Assembly (NCBI RefSeq): GCF_052425735.1
Contig: NC_135759.1
Coordinates: 5,332,001-5,396,000, forward strand
Direction of reading: 5' to 3'
Origin: Oculina patagonica
Lineage: Eukaryota
Length of the DNA stretch: 64,000 bases
The notes beneath the pieces are model-generated. The model did no database searches and had not been told where the DNA came from. It saw only the letters and a program-made list of their open reading frames with translations. A program made the position numbers and the translations under genes. Positions 62,137 through 64,000 of this stretch are shown here, one piece after another; the stretch's first letter is position 1, and each line of letters starts with the position of its first letter.

Positions 62137-63176
62137 AGGCAACCCTAAAACATGAAATCTGGAATTGGAATTCGGAAACGGGAATCTGGAAAACAAAAAC
62201 GGAAAGAACAGAGAAAGCAAGTTCTTTAAATCCGAAATATTACGTTGCGTAGTTTGCTCCTGATAAAATTAAAGTACCCAATAAAATAAACGTGAATTCT
62301 AGATCTTAATTTTTGAAAAAGAATTCTCTGTTGACCGAAGTTCTTGCAGCTAGAGCAGCTAGAGGGCTGTGGTTATAGAATCTCAACAACTAAGTGCGTA
62401 CTGGGAGAGCAATCGAAGTCTCATTTAGTGCACGGTCTCTTAAATTAAAAAAGATTTATTTCAGCTAACAATCGGCAAAATACCATTAAATCATGCATCT
62501 GGGATCAAGACCGTTCTATATTGCTATCAAATTTTTCAAACACAGCCGTCTCACATTTAACGAGATTATTTTGCACACAAAATGTTTTGACAGTCAAAAA
62601 TGTATCAGTGTAGCAAATAACTAACAAATATTGATGTCACGTATCGCATTAAAAAAAGCTATACAAATGATTTACTTTACTCTCCTTTTCGTTAGATACG
62701 CTAGATTTGCTTGACCACATGTTGAAAATCATGCAGCTTCTACGCGATCCACCAGTCCACGTAAATGTTTAACGCACTGGACGTCAATGTTCTAAGAATG
62801 ACCTGGTAGTAAATGATCACAAGACACCTCATAGTCAAATGCGCAAGAATCGCGTTCCGACCTGTGTGCTGGATAAATCACTATACAGTGGACTGCGTGG
62901 TTTTTGTTCAACCTTTTGACACTGGATAGTGATTCTATTTAGAGAAAGTTTCCAACGGCAACTTTTGAAAATCGTTTTCACGTCAAGCTCTTTCCAGAAC
63001 AATGAAAAAAAAAAAACAGAAACTTCTTCCTTTATGATTTTATTCGTCGTAGCTGTAAGAGTGAATCATTTCTCTCGTCACTCATTCTGAATATTAAAAC
63101 ATTTTAAGCAAGTCAACGGATTCCCGATTCCGAATTCCCGATTCCGGATTCCGATTCCGAATTCCGGATTCCGGTA
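62137..63176. mobile_element. MITE-like element with GGAATC/GATTCC subterminal repeats, right end truncated
   Basis: GGCAACCCTAAAAC..GGAATTGGAATTCGGAAAC left; (GATTCC)n right, abutting the satellite. Confidence 0.55.
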
Positions 63177-64000
63177 TGAAGTAACCATGGTTGAAATATA
63201 CCCAGAATTTGGGTATAAAATAACCATAGTTCAAATATACCCAGAATTTGGGTATAAAGTAACCATGGTTAAAATATACCCAGAATTTGGGTATAAAGTA
63301 ACCATGGTTAAAATATACCCAGAATTTGGGTATAAAATAACCATGGTTGAAATATACCCAAAATTTGGGTATAAAATACACATGGTTAAATATACCCAGA
63401 ATTTGGGTATAAAGTAACCATGGTTAAAATATACCCAGAATTTGGGTATAAAGTAACCATGGTTAAAATATACCCAGAATTTGGGTATTAAATAACCATG
63501 GTTGAAATATACCCAAAATTTGGGTATAAAATACACATGGTTAAATATACCCAGAATTTGGGTATAAAGTAACCATGGTTAAAATATACCCAGAATTTGG
63601 GTATAAAATAACCATGGTTGAAATATACCCAAAATTTGGGTATAAAATACACATGGTTAAATATACCCAGAATTTGGGTATAAAGTAACCATGGTTAAAA
63701 TATACCAGAATTTGGGTATAAAATGACCATGGTTAAAATATACCCAGAATTTGGGTATAAAGTAACCATGGTTAAAATATACCCAGAATTTGGGTATAAA
63801 ATAACCATGGTTAAAATATACCCAGAATTTGGGTATAAAATACCCATGGTTAAAATATACCCAGAATTTGGGTATAAAATAACAGTGGTTAAAATATACC
63901 CAGAATTTGGGTATATTAAGTAACCATGGTTTAAATATACCCAGAATTTGAGTATAAAATAACCATGGTTAAAATATACCCAGAATTTGGGTATAAAATA
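63177..64000. repeat. 39-bp tandem satellite, about 21 units, runs off the window
   Basis: Consensus TAACCATGGTTAAAATATACCCAGAATTTGGGTATAAA(G/A); head-to-tail with no spacers. Confidence 0.97.

Noticed and set aside
63177-64000. CRISPR array or repeat-protein gene
   Set aside because: Repeats are contiguous with no unique spacers and no cas genes; the ORFs arise because 39 bp equals 13 codons and are broken by shorter units

Overview
Eukaryotic, AT-rich, transposon-dense scaffold with four N-gaps. The gene families and repeat types point to a cnidarian, most likely a scleractinian coral (inference). Host genes: a disrupted alpha-1,3-fucosyltransferase-like gene (15-16 kb, -), a 1044-aa TPR-CHAT protein encoded by one large coding exon with an intact His/Cys dyad (20.6-23.7 kb, -), a class A GPCR (41.1-42.0 kb, +), two tandem three-exon carbohydrate sulfotransferases plus a relic of a third (45.5-55.6 kb, -), and an intact GT10 fucosyltransferase (56.9-58.2 kb, -). 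The first 12 kb is a tandem segmental duplication. Its units each carry a copy of an exon that also lies just upstream of the TPR-CHAT gene and is in the correct phase to splice in frame onto it. The rest is mobile DNA: many MITEs with readable TIRs/TSDs, a nested Harbinger > Sola3-like > Tc1 and DIRS/Ngaro stack at 28.5-37.1 kb, LINE and SINE pieces, a Penelope-like fragment with a minimal hammerhead ribozyme, two hairpin-ended Crypton-like elements, and a 39-bp palindromic satellite at the right end. All calls were made by eye; no database searches were run.
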